A DNA stretch of 64,000 nucleotides from Acidobacteriota bacterium (GTDB lineage Bacteria; Acidobacteriota; UBA890; WLXD01): assembly GCA_965248695.1 (NCBI GenBank), contig CBDFKD010000002.1:96001-160000 (forward strand), given 5' to 3'. The notes below the pieces were generated by a model. It searched no databases. It saw only the letters and a list, made by a program, of their open reading frames with translations, and had not been told where the DNA came from. The translations under genes and the position numbers were made by a program. Shown one piece after another: positions 20,029 to 31,235 of this stretch (position 1 is its first letter; each line of letters opens with the position of its first letter).

Positions 20029-21636
20029 ATGGACGCGATCGTCTCCAAACTCGACTCCGGCAGCGCCGACACGCGAGACAACGACGCCTACCACCGCCAG
20101 CTCGCTGACGAGCTGCGCGCGCGCGTCAGCGCGGCGCGCGAGGGTGGCGGCGAGAAGTACCGCGAGCGACACAGCAGTCAGGGCAAGCTGTTCGTTCGCG
20201 ACCGCATCGAGCGACTCACCGACGACTCCAGTCCCCTGCTCGAGCTCTCGCCACTGGCTGCGCACGAGATGTACGAGGGGCGAGGCCCCAGCGCCGGAAT
20301 CATCACCGCCGTCGGACGCGTCTGCGGCCATGAGGTCATGATCATCGCCAACGACGCCACGGTCAAAGGCGGGACTTACTACCCGCTCACGGTCAAGAAG
20401 CACCTGCGTGCCCAGCAGATCGCACTCGAGAACCGGCTCCCCTGCATTCACCTTGTGGACTCTGGCGGCGCCTTCCTGCCGATGCAGGACGAGGTGTTCC
20501 CGGATCGGCAGCACTTCGGCCGCATCTTCTACAACCAGGCGCGGATGAGCGCCGCTCGCATTCCACAGATCGCCGTCGTGCTGGGCAGCTGTACGGCCGG
20601 CGGCGCCTACGTACCCGCGATGAGCGACGAGGTGGTGATCGTCCGCAATCAGGGCACGATCTTCCTAGGCGGCCCGCCGCTGGTGAAGGCGGCCACAGGC
20701 GAGGAGATCAGCGCCGAGGATCTCGGAGGCGGCGATGTCCACGCGCGCCAGAGCGGCGTCGCTGACCATCTGGCCGACGACGACGACCACGCGCTCAGAA
20801 TCGCCCGCAACATCGTCGAGAACCTGAACCTGGTGAAGCGAGTCGACGCGAAGCTGACGGAACCGGAGGAGCCGGTCTATCCGGCCGAGGAAATCTATGG
20901 GGTGCTGCCGTCTGATCCGCGCAAGCCCTACGACGTACGCGAGATCGTCGCGAGAATCACCGACGGCAGCCGATTCCACGAGTTCAAGGCGAATTACGGA
21001 GCCACACTGATCACCGGCTTCGCGCGCCTGCACGGCTTCCCGGTCGGTATCCTGGCCAACAACGGCGTGCTGTTTTCGGAAAGCGCATTGAAGGCGACCC
21101 ACTTCATCGAGATGTGTGATCTGCGCCGGGTACCGCTGGTGTTCTTGCAGAACATCACCGGCTTCATGGTCGGTGGGCGGTACGAGGCCGGCGGGATCGC
21201 CAAGGACGGAGCCAAGATGGTGCACGCGGTGGCCAACGCCACCGTGCCCAAGCTGACCGTTATCGTCGGTGGGTCGTTCGGGGCGGGGAATTACGGTATG
21301 TGCGGGCGCGCGTACGATCCGCGATTCCTGTTCAGCTGGCCTAACTCGAGAATCTCGGTCATGGGCGGGGAGCAGGCTGCGATGGTGCTCGCGCAGGTAA
21401 AACGCGACCAGTTGGCGCGCGACGGGACCGACTGGTCAGAGGACGCCGAGGCAGCGTTCAAACAGCCGATCATCGATATCTATGAGCGCGAGGGCAGTCC
21501 CTACTACGCCACCGCACGGTTGTGGGACGACGGCATCATCGACCCGGCGCAGACTCGTGACGTCCTGGGTCTGGCGCTGTCGGCGACCTACAACGCCCCG
21601 ATGCGGGAGCCGCGCATGGGCGTGTTCCGGATGTGA
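20029..21636 (+). CDS. liuB: 3-methylcrotonyl-CoA carboxylase, carboxyltransferase subunit
   Basis: [49 protein letters not shown]. Confidence 0.92.
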   Translation: MDAIVSKLDSGSADTRDNDAYHRQLADELRARVSAAREGGGEKYRERHSSQGKLFVRDRIERLTDDSSPLLELSPLAAHEMYEGRGPSAGIITAVGRVCGHEVMIIANDATVKGGTYYPLTVKKHLRAQQIALENRLPCIHLVDSGGAFLPMQDEVFPDRQHFGRIFYNQARMSAARIPQIAVVLGSCTAGGAYVPAMSDEVVIVRNQGTIFLGGPPLVKAATGEEISAEDLGGGDVHARQSGVADHLADDDDHALRIARNIVENLNLVKRVDAKLTEPEEPVYPAEEIYGVLPSDPRKPYDVREIVARITDGSRFHEFKANYGATLITGFARLHGFPVGILANNGVLFSESALKATHFIEMCDLRRVPLVFLQNITGFMVGGRYEAGGIAKDGAKMVHAVANATVPKLTVIVGGSFGAGNYGMCGRAYDPRFLFSWPNSRISVMGGEQAAMVLAQVKRDQLARDGTDWSEDAEAAFKQPIIDIYEREGSPYYATARLWDDGIIDPAQTRDVLGLALSATYNAPMREPRMGVFRM

Positions 21637-22463
21637 CCGGGCGGCCGGCAGACCGAATCCAGGACATGGACGACGAATCGCTCACCAGACTCAAGCTCGA
21701 ACGCTCCGACGCGGTGCTGGGCGTGGTGCTCGACCGACCCGAGGTCCACGACGCCTTCGACGAGACAATGATCGCCGAGGTAACCCGGGCGTTCGCCGCC
21801 ATAGCGGCTGACACCACGGTGCGCGTCGTCGTGCTCAGGTCGACGGGCAAGAGCTTTTCCGCCGGCGCTGATCTCAACTGGATGCGTCGCATGGCGGATT
21901 GCAGCGAGTCTGAGAGCATCGACGATGCGCACCGCCTGGAGACCATGTTTCGCGCCATCGCCACCTGTCCGCGCCCGGTAGTGGCGCGGGTTCAAGGGGC
22001 GGCGCTCGGGGGTGGCGCCGGGTTCGTGGCGGCGGCTGACATCGCCATCGCATCGACAGCGGCGACGTTCGGGTTTACCGAGGCTCGTTTGGGTATCTTG
22101 CCTGGGGTGATCTCGCCGTACGTGCTCCGGAAGGTCCGCCAGGGGCCGGCACAGGCGCTATTCCTCACTGGGGCGCGCTTCGATGCCCGGCGGGCGCACG
22201 AGCTGGGCCTGGTTCACCAGGTCGTGGAGCCGGAGCAGCTGGACTCGGCGATCGATCGAGTCGTAGACGATCTGCTCGCCTGCAGTCCGGATGCGCAGTC
22301 GCGCATCAAGCGCCTGGTACCGGCAATCGCGCATCTCGATGTCGAGTCCGCCGCCGATCACACCGCGAGGGCAATCGCCGCCGCGCGCGCCAGCGATGAC
22401 GGTCGGGACGGTATGTCGGCGTTTCTGGCGAAGCAGAAGCCCCCCTGGAGCCCTTCAGAGTAG
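21633..22463 (+). CDS. liuC: Methylglutaconyl-CoA hydratase (crotonase family)
   Basis: [26 protein letters not shown]; operon context. Confidence 0.85.
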   Translation: MTGRPADRIQDMDDESLTRLKLERSDAVLGVVLDRPEVHDAFDETMIAEVTRAFAAIAADTTVRVVVLRSTGKSFSAGADLNWMRRMADCSESESIDDAHRLETMFRAIATCPRPVVARVQGAALGGGAGFVAAADIAIASTAATFGFTEARLGILPGVISPYVLRKVRQGPAQALFLTGARFDARRAHELGLVHQVVEPEQLDSAIDRVVDDLLACSPDAQSRIKRLVPAIAHLDVESAADHTARAIAAARASDDGRDGMSAFLAKQKPPWSPSE

Positions 22464-22531
22464 TGGCCTGTGACAGCGGAATCGATGGCGCCGCAGATGG
22501 GATTTGCGGGCCAGATCAAGGCGTTTCGAGT

Positions 22532-24014
<1,483 letters not shown>

Positions 24015-24031
<17 letters not shown>

Positions 24032-24193
24032 AAGTGTGGTGGGTCTGGCGACAGAGTCTTACGAGGCGCAGGCCAGGAGAGAGGAGGAGGCGATGGTTAC
24101 CCCATCGTTGACGACGAACGACGCAGCATCCGCGCGCAACCCCCAGTCGCCCGAAGGGTTACGGCCCACCACACTTTCACCACAGCCTGCTAG
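24015..24193. mobile_element. MITE-like element with about 30-bp terminal inverted repeats and CTAG at both ends
   Basis: 24012-24043 is inverted at 24165-24196 with 1 mismatch; CTAG at 24015 and 24190; non-coding interior with a hairpin. Confidence 0.8.
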
Positions 24194-24205
24194 CGAGGTA
24201 CCTCG

Positions 24206-24703
24206 ATGAGCATCAGGGCTTTCCGTTGCCGCAACGTCGAGCTGAACGTCGACGCATCGCGCGATGGAGCGAGGATCCGTTTGCGTGGCAACACCGGCGA
24301 GAGCCGCGAATGGGAGACACGACAGCTCGGGACTGGAGAGTTCGGCGTACGTGAGTCGGGCGATCCTTCCGGTCAGCGCACCGTCTTCGCGGTGCGCGAG
24401 GCGGGTCAATGGTGGCTGCACGTCGCAGGCCGTACGTATCACCTGGAGCTGGCGACCAGTAGCCGGACCGCACCGTCGATTGGAGAGCTCATAGCACCGA
24501 TCCCCGGCACGGTAACCGAGATCGCGGTTAGCAACGGGGACGACGTTGAAGCAGGGCAGGTGGTGATGGTGATCTCCGCGATGAAGATGCAGCTGGAGAT
24601 CAAGGCGCCGCACGCGGGCATGATCCAGCAACTGGACCTGGCGGTCGGCGACCCGGTGGATGCTGGTCGTGAGCTCCTGCGCGTCGATGCACCCGACGTC
24701 TAG
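24206..24703 (+). CDS. Biotin carboxyl carrier protein
   Basis: APIPG...SAMKMQ biotinylation motif. Confidence 0.88.
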   Translation: MSIRAFRCRNVELNVDASRDGARIRLRGNTGESREWETRQLGTGEFGVRESGDPSGQRTVFAVREAGQWWLHVAGRTYHLELATSSRTAPSIGELIAPIPGTVTEIAVSNGDDVEAGQVVMVISAMKMQLEIKAPHAGMIQQLDLAVGDPVDAGRELLRVDAPDV

Positions 24704-24767
24704 TCGCTCGAGCGGCGACAGTTTCTGAGTGGCCCGCGCGACGACACCCGGCATGCTGAATGGCCTG

Positions 24768-25682
24768 CTAGGCGTGTATGGGAACCCGTCGATACGACGA
24801 CCGCAGCGCCGCCAGCGCCCGCGAAGGCAGCGTGAGGCCGGTCGATTCCGCCAGGCGAGTGCTGGCGCTGACCAACGCCTGCAGATCGACACCGGTATCG
24901 ATCCCCAGCCGATGCAGCATTGCCACCAGGTCTTCGGTGGCCAGGTTCCCTGTGGCGCCGGCGGCATACGGACAACCACCCAGGCCCCCGGCAGCCACGT
25001 CGAAGACCGTGATTCCGGCTTCGAGCCCGGCGAGCGCGTTCGCCAGCCCGCGACCATACGTGTCGTGCAGGTGCAGCGCGATCGCCGACAGATCGAACTC
25101 GGCCGCGAGACGCTCCACCATGTTGCGGACCTGCACAGGATCGGCGACGCCGATGGTGTCTCCGATCGAGACCTCGGCACATCCCAGTTGAAACAGCTCG
25201 CCTGTCACCCGCACCACATCCGCTGCTGGAACATCCCCTTGATAGGGGCAACCGAAAGCGGTCGACACGTACCCCCGCAGGCGAACGTCGCGCTCGCGGG
25301 CACGCTCGGCAACGGGTCGGAAACGTTCGATCGACTCGGAGATGGAAGCGTTGATATTTCGCCGGTTGAACGTTTCCGACGCTGCCGTGAAAACGGCCAC
25401 CTCGCCAACGCCCGCCGCCAGCGCGCGCTCCAGGCCGAAGCCGTTGGGAACCAACGTCGGGAACCTGACGCCCTCTCGCCGCTCGATGCGCGCCATCACG
25501 TCGCTGGCATCGGCCAGCTGAGGCACCCATTTCGACGACACGAAGCTGGTGGCCTCGACGGCCCGCAGCCCGGTGGCAGAAAGAGCGTCGATGAACTCCA
25601 CCTTGATGTCGGTGGGGATGAAGCGGGCGAGGTTCTGGAACCCGTCTCGCGGCCCGACCTCATACACCATCACGCTCGGCAT
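24768..25682 (-). CDS. liuE: Hydroxymethylglutaryl-CoA lyase
   Basis: EVGPRDGFQN, HLHDTYG, GGCPYAAGATGNLATED. Confidence 0.93.
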   Translation of the reverse strand: MPSVMVYEVGPRDGFQNLARFIPTDIKVEFIDALSATGLRAVEATSFVSSKWVPQLADASDVMARIERREGVRFPTLVPNGFGLERALAAGVGEVAVFTAASETFNRRNINASISESIERFRPVAERARERDVRLRGYVSTAFGCPYQGDVPAADVVRVTGELFQLGCAEVSIGDTIGVADPVQVRNMVERLAAEFDLSAIALHLHDTYGRGLANALAGLEAGITVFDVAAGGLGGCPYAAGATGNLATEDLVAMLHRLGIDTGVDLQALVSASTRLAESTGLTLPSRALAALRSSYRRVPIHA

Positions 25683-25763
25683 GCTCTGTGTCCCGCCAGT
25701 AACCGGACTGGGTGTGGCAAAATCAGCGGCTCGGTGCCCGCTATCATCGCATCACGTTTTATT

Positions 25764-25781
25764 ATTAAATAAATGTTTAGT
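25764..25781. promoter_or_regulatory. Putative TetR operator in the AT-rich divergent promoter region
   Basis: Imperfect palindrome ATTAAATAAATGTTTAGT in a strongly AT-rich patch between liuE and tetR. Confidence 0.5.
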
Positions 25782-25819
25782 TAGCTCAACAATGGAGACT
25801 CCGATGGTAGGTTCACTCC

Positions 25820-26482
25820 ATGGTTGACGGACCGACCTCGCCGCGGAAAGGCGCACGCAACACAGGTGGGACGCGCGAAGCGCTCATGAGCGCCGCCACC
25901 GACCTGTTTGCCCAGCGCGGCTTCGAGGGGACGCGTGTGGACCAGATCGCCGAGACGGCGGGCGTCAACAAGGCGATGATCAGCTATCACTTCGGCGGCA
26001 AGGGCGCGCTGTACAATGAGATCTTGCGCGAGACGTTCGCCGACGCGCACCGACGCTTCGAAGCGATTCGGAGCTCGGACGATCCGGCCGACGAGCGCCT
26101 GCGGGCGTTTATCCAGACGTTCGCCGATCTCGCGCTGCTGCGTCCGGCACTCCCGGCCATGGTCCTCCGAGAGGTGATGTCCGGCGGACTCCACATCGAG
26201 AAGGATCTCCTGCCGAAGCTCCTGGCCATCTTCGGCCTGGTGCAGGAAATCATCGATCAGGGGATCGCGCAGGGGACGTTCTCGGCCGTAAACCCCTACC
26301 TGACGCATATCAGCCTGCTCGGCAGCCTGGTTTTCTTCTTCGCGTTCGCGCCCATCAGGGAGCGCATCGAGGACGGCAGGCTGCCGGTCAGTGTGAACGA
26401 AGTGCGCGAGTACGTCCGCCACCTGCAGCAAGTGCTCGGGCGCGGGCTGGCGCCGACGGTGTCGGATCCGTCGCCGGCCTGA
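25820..26482 (+). CDS. TetR/AcrR family transcriptional regulator
   Basis: AATDLFAQRGFEGTRVDQIAETAGVNKAMISYHFGGK. Confidence 0.92.
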   Translation: MVDGPTSPRKGARNTGGTREALMSAATDLFAQRGFEGTRVDQIAETAGVNKAMISYHFGGKGALYNEILRETFADAHRRFEAIRSSDDPADERLRAFIQTFADLALLRPALPAMVLREVMSGGLHIEKDLLPKLLAIFGLVQEIIDQGIAQGTFSAVNPYLTHISLLGSLVFFFAFAPIRERIEDGRLPVSVNEVREYVRHLQQVLGRGLAPTVSDPSPA

Positions 26483-26497
26483 TCGTCCTGGTTGGCC

Positions 26498-28024
26498 CTA
26501 GCCGACCAGCGGGAACGCCGAGGCAAGCAGCCAGCCGAAGAACATCCCGGCACCGATCCCATAGCCCCACGGCCGGTTGATCCGACTACCGACAATGGCA
26601 AGGCAGCCGATATAGAACGGCAGCACTGGCAACATGAGAGCCACGACCCGCATCGTCGGTACCAACGCGGAAACCAGCAAGAGCCCGACGATGAGCGCCG
26701 CGGCCTGCACCAGGTAGGCGGGCCAGCGACTACGGCCGCGGGGGTCGCCCTGCATCAGCTCGGCGGCAGTGAACCACGGTATGCACGCCAACGCGAAGAT
26801 CGGGAATCTGGCCAGCCTCGTCGACACCAACCGCCAGTTCAGCCACACGAAATCGGAAGTCGCGCCGATGACAAACCACAAGAACAGAAACAAGCCAGCG
26901 CCCCACAGGACGTCGCGACCAGAGGGCGGACCGACGCGAAACCCGACGACCAGCGCCAGCGTGCCAGCAATCAAGAGCCAAAGCGCCAACCCGCCACCAA
27001 CCATCATTCCGCCAAGGTTGCCGACGTCGACCCATCGCGCCAACAGCGCCACCAGCAGGCTGGCGACAACGGGCGCTCCCGCTAGCGCCACCCACTGCAT
27101 CGGCCGACGCACCACGTGGAGCTCGCGGTCCGTATCGCGTCGATACACCGGGGCAAGCGACATGAGGACGAACAACCAGCCGGCGACGTGTACGAACCAC
27201 CAGGCGATGCGTAGGTCGCGGTACTCGACGCGCTCCGAGGGCGCGAAGTCCAGCGACTGGTCGAGCCACTGTATGACTCCCTGATGGCTGGCACTGCGAA
27301 AGAGAATCGAGAGATGATCGGCGGCGGTGATCGGTACCAGGGCACGGGCTCGCCCGCTGGCGAAATCATCACTAGGTCCGCCTGCACGCTGTAGCAAGAA
27401 CTCTCCGTTGCGCAGGTAGGAACGATCCCAGGTGCCAGCCTGGAGAAGCAGATTGCGGGGCGTCGAGCTCGTCACCTCCGCCGCGACCGGAGACACGGCC
27501 ACGGTGGCCCGATAACGCTCCGGGTTGCGCCGTGCTGCCGCCATCGCCGCGCCGCTGCCCATTGAGTGGCCCAGCAGAGCAATACGGTCCGCATCGACCT
27601 CGGGCTGGGCTACCAATACCTCGTAGGCGTGATCAATGCCCTCTTGCAGCGCCTCGGGGTCGAAGGCCAGGGCGTTGCGACCGTGGCCGGTGAAATCAGT
27701 CAACACGACCGCATAGCCGGCAAGCGCCAGCGTGTGCGCGTAGCCGAGCATCAGCCGCTCCGAGGCGGCGAAACCATGCGCGATGATGACCCCGGGGACG
27801 AGAACACCCGCCAGCTCCTCCTCGTGGTCGATCGCCTCGCCGGCATGACTGAGTCGATGTTGCTCTAGCCGGTAGAGCGGGTCGGTGACCATGAAGCGCA
27901 TCGGATGCCCGGCCCGGGTGGACTCACGAGTCAGCAGGCCCGAGCTCGCGTTCGCCAGCGGCACGGTCGAAACGATAAGCAACAGCAAGCCGACCGCCAT
28001 TCGTACCGCTGGACGAGACATCAT
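26498..28024 (-). CDS. Alpha/beta hydrolase with C-terminal multi-pass membrane domain
   Basis: AHGF, GHSMG nucleophile elbow, ADH; hydrophobic C-half; ATGA overlap with upstream gene. Confidence 0.8.
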   Translation of the reverse strand: MMSRPAVRMAVGLLLLIVSTVPLANASSGLLTRESTRAGHPMRFMVTDPLYRLEQHRLSHAGEAIDHEEELAGVLVPGVIIAHGFAASERLMLGYAHTLALAGYAVVLTDFTGHGRNALAFDPEALQEGIDHAYEVLVAQPEVDADRIALLGHSMGSGAAMAAARRNPERYRATVAVSPVAAEVTSSTPRNLLLQAGTWDRSYLRNGEFLLQRAGGPSDDFASGRARALVPITAADHLSILFRSASHQGVIQWLDQSLDFAPSERVEYRDLRIAWWFVHVAGWLFVLMSLAPVYRRDTDRELHVVRRPMQWVALAGAPVVASLLVALLARWVDVGNLGGMMVGGGLALWLLIAGTLALVVGFRVGPPSGRDVLWGAGLFLFLWFVIGATSDFVWLNWRLVSTRLARFPIFALACIPWFTAAELMQGDPRGRSRWPAYLVQAAALIVGLLLVSALVPTMRVVALMLPVLPFYIGCLAIVGSRINRPWGYGIGAGMFFGWLLASAFPLVG

Positions 28025-28470
28025 CGTTGCCCCTTGGGCGGTCGGTCCTTCAACCGATAGACGAATTTGAGGCCTGACCAATCTGCGTCTACAGCGCAGA
28101 TCTTCACATCGACGAGCCCGCCGTCGAGACCTGCCCGCCGGACGTCGGACTCGGCCAGATCCTTGGGCAGATCGGACGCCTTCTTCGGCCATGAGATCCA
28201 CAGCGTGCCGTCGCTTGCCAGGGCTCGCTTAAGGGCCGGAAAGCGACGACAAAGCTCAGCATGGCTGGCAGTGAAGAAGTGCACGAAGTCCATCCCCTGC
28301 CCCAGACGCTGCAGCACGCGTACTTCGTCCGGAAGCGGTCCGAGCAGCGTCCGATAGTGGCCCGGGGCGCCGACGAACGCGACTCTCATTCCCGTCTTGA
28401 TTCCGAGCTTCTGCACCAGTGGTGTGCCCGAGTACCCGGCACTCACCGGGGCTCCGTCCGGCGAAGGCAT
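28021..28470 (-). CDS. DUF3052-like protein
   Basis: GYSGTPL..KLGIK, LWISWPKK, LVDVKICAVD..WSGLK. Confidence 0.8.
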   Translation of the reverse strand: MPSPDGAPVSAGYSGTPLVQKLGIKTGMRVAFVGAPGHYRTLLGPLPDEVRVLQRLGQGMDFVHFFTASHAELCRRFPALKRALASDGTLWISWPKKASDLPKDLAESDVRRAGLDGGLVDVKICAVDADWSGLKFVYRLKDRPPKGQR

Positions 28471-28655
28471 GCTGAGCGCTCCTCTGTCTGCACCAGTCGG
28501 CCACCGTCTCCGTGTGAGTGAGACGACCGCGAGTCGGCAATGTCCTGTGCAAGAATAGTCGCCCCTGCGGCAAAGCGAGCGACATATCCAAACCGCTAAT
28601 CGAAACCGTACGCCAAAAGCCGTGCCTAGCGGCCACGGGATCCCGGAGGCGACGC

Positions 28656-31130
28656 ATGAACCCGTCCCCTGACGCCTACGAGAAACTGGGTGCGTTCTAC
28701 CTCGGGCGCGAATACGACCTCGAGCGCGGCGCGATGAAGGACGAGCTGCTGCTCTACGACTCCAAGGATCTGACCACCCACGCGATGTGCGTGGGTATGA
28801 CCGGAAGTGGCAAGACAGGCCTGTGCGTGGGTCTGCTGGAGGAAGCGGCGATCGACGGGGTCCCGGCGCTGATCATCGACCCGAAGGGAGATCTCACCAA
28901 CCTGCTGTTGACCTTCCCTGACCTCCGGCCGAAGGACTTCGCACCCTGGGTCGATCCGGATGATGCCCAGCGCCAGGGCATGACTCCGGATCAGTTTGCC
29001 CGGGCTCAGGCCAAGCTGTGGCGCGACGGTTTGGGCTCGTGGGGGCAGGACGGCGAGCGCATTCGGCGCCTGCGAGCCGCCGCCGACTTCGCGGTCTATA
29101 CGCCCGGGTCCGAATCCGGGCGGCCGCTGTCGATTCTGTCTTCGTTCGCCGCGCCCGGCCCGGAGGTGATGGCCGACGCCGATCTGTGCCGCGATCAGAT
29201 CAGCTCGGCCGCCACGAGCTTGTTGGGCCTGATGGGCATCGACGCCGATCCCCTGCGATCGCGCGAGCACATCCTGCTTTCGACGATCATCGATCACACC
29301 TGGCGTCAGGGACAGGATCTCGACCTGGGGCGGCTCATCCAGTTGATCCAATCGCCACCGATTCAGCGGGTCGGCGTGCTGGATCTGGACTCGTTCTTCC
29401 CACCGAAGGACCGTTTCGACCTCGCACTGGCGCTCAACAACTTGCTGGCCGCGCCGGGCTTCGGCGCCTGGATGACCGGCGAGTCCATCGACCCGCAGCA
29501 CCTGCTGTATGACGCGCAGGGGAAGCCGAGGGTGTCGATCGTCTATATCGCTCACCTGTCGGACGAAGAGCGTATGTTCGTGGTCACGCTGCTGCTGAAT
29601 CGGTTGCTGGGCTGGATGCGCACGCGGTCCGGCACCACGAGCCTGCGCGCTCTCCTCTACATGGACGAGATCTTCGGCTACATGCCCCCGGTGGCGGAGC
29701 CGCCGTCCAAGAAGCCACTGCTGACGCTGCTCAAGCAGGCCCGCGCTTTCGGCGTCGGCGTCGTCATGGCGACGCAGAATCCGGTAGACCTCGACTACAA
29801 GGGCCTGTCGAACACCGGTACGTGGTTTCTGGGTCGCCTGCAAACGGAGCGCGACAAGCGCCGGGTTCTCGACGGTCTGGAAGGCGTGGCAGCGACGGCA
29901 GCGACGCGCTTCGATCGCGGCGCCATGGAAGAGACCCTCGCCGGGCTCGGCAAGCGAGTGTTTCTGATGCACAACGTGCACGAGGACGGCCCCGTGATCT
30001 TCCACACACGCTGGGCGATGTCGTATCTCCGCGGCCCGTTGACCAGATCACAGCTTCGCCGGCTGACGCAGGCCGACACCATGGCGACACCTATCGCAGA
30101 GTCCGCCGCGCCTGTCGGCCCCGGCCCAGCGGTGCGCGCAGCGCCCACCACCGCTGCCCAGGTGGCCGCCGATGGCGCACCGGTGCTCCCACCGGGCGTT
30201 CCGCAGTGCCACCTGCCGATCCGCGGCACGATGACCTCTGCACAGGTGGTGTACCTGCCGCGCGTCGTTGCGAGCGCGGACGTGCATTTCGTTGACTCAC
30301 GCCGCAGGCTAGATGCCGAGGAAACACTTACGCTGATGGCGTCGTCGGACCTGCCTGCAGCATCCGGACTCGACTGGGACGACGCCGCCACCCTGAAGCT
30401 GGCGCCCGGCGAGTTGCTGTCCACCGCCCCCGTGCCGGGTCGCTTCGCGGCGATATCCGGCCCCGCGTCGCAGGCACGTAGCTACGCTACATGGAAACGA
30501 TCGCTGGCGGCATGGCTGTACCGCACACGCCGCTACGAGCTGTTCCGCTGTCCGGCGCTCAAGCAATACTCAGAGCCGGGAGAGTCCGAAGCCGAGTTCC
30601 GCATCCGTCTGAGCGAGCGTGCTCACGAGGAGCGCGACCTTCAGGTCGAGAAGCTTCGCAAGAAATACGCCAGCAAGTTCAACTCGATCCGCGAACGGAT
30701 CCGCAAGGCCGAGCTATCGGTGGAACGCGAGCGCGAGCAAGCCCGCGGCGCAACCCTGCAGACTGCGATCTCCGTCGGCACGACGGTGCTGGCGGCCATC
30801 CTCGGACGAAAGCTGAGCTCGTCCACGATAGGCAAGGCCACCACCGCCGCCCGCGGGGCCGGTCGCGCCATGACGCAGGCCCAGGATGTGGGTCGCGCCC
30901 GCGCCAACGTCGAGGCAGCCGAGGAGCAGCTGGTCGTTCTGGAGACCGAGTTCGAGGGCGCCGTCAATCAGATCCGCTCGGAGCACGATCCGGCCCGTCT
31001 CGCCCTCGACGTCATCGCGCTCAAGCCGCGCAAGACCGACATCGAGATCAAGACCCTGGCGCTCGGATGGGTGCCGCACGAGCAAGCCGCGGACGGATCC
31101 CTGACGTCCTTAGTGGCCAGTAGCAGATGA
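28656..31130 (+). CDS. HerA/FtsK-superfamily P-loop ATPase (DUF87/DUF853-like) with C-terminal coiled coil
   Basis: Walker A GMTGSGKT, IIDPKGD, Walker B LLYMDE, MATQNP. Confidence 0.82.
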   Translation: MNPSPDAYEKLGAFYLGREYDLERGAMKDELLLYDSKDLTTHAMCVGMTGSGKTGLCVGLLEEAAIDGVPALIIDPKGDLTNLLLTFPDLRPKDFAPWVDPDDAQRQGMTPDQFARAQAKLWRDGLGSWGQDGERIRRLRAAADFAVYTPGSESGRPLSILSSFAAPGPEVMADADLCRDQISSAATSLLGLMGIDADPLRSREHILLSTIIDHTWRQGQDLDLGRLIQLIQSPPIQRVGVLDLDSFFPPKDRFDLALALNNLLAAPGFGAWMTGESIDPQHLLYDAQGKPRVSIVYIAHLSDEERMFVVTLLLNRLLGWMRTRSGTTSLRALLYMDEIFGYMPPVAEPPSKKPLLTLLKQARAFGVGVVMATQNPVDLDYKGLSNTGTWFLGRLQTERDKRRVLDGLEGVAATAATRFDRGAMEETLAGLGKRVFLMHNVHEDGPVIFHTRWAMSYLRGPLTRSQLRRLTQADTMATPIAESAAPVGPGPAVRAAPTTAAQVAADGAPVLPPGVPQCHLPIRGTMTSAQVVYLPRVVASADVHFVDSRRRLDAEETLTLMASSDLPAASGLDWDDAATLKLAPGELLSTAPVPGRFAAISGPASQARSYATWKRSLAAWLYRTRRYELFRCPALKQYSEPGESEAEFRIRLSERAHEERDLQVEKLRKKYASKFNSIRERIRKAELSVEREREQARGATLQTAISVGTTVLAAILGRKLSSSTIGKATTAARGAGRAMTQAQDVGRARANVEAAEEQLVVLETEFEGAVNQIRSEHDPARLALDVIALKPRKTDIEIKTLALGWVPHEQAADGSLTSLVASSR

Positions 31131-31235
31131 ACGTCGCATATCGCAGATGGGCAAACATCGTCTCGTCGGTGCGTCTTGCATCCAGGCCACTTTCGTCACC
31201 ACGATATGCAACGTTCATCTGCTACAGGCCACTAG
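31111..31235. mobile_element. Second MITE-like element with 33-bp inverted repeats between convergent genes
   Basis: TAGTGGCCAGTAGCAGATGAACGTCGCATATCG inverted at 31202-31234 (2 mismatches); TAG at both ends. Confidence 0.75.

Noticed and set aside
28626-30005. Long antisense ORF (459 aa) and many similar shadow ORFs
   Set aside because: Opposite-strand or alternative-frame shadows of real genes, expected at high GC; no motifs
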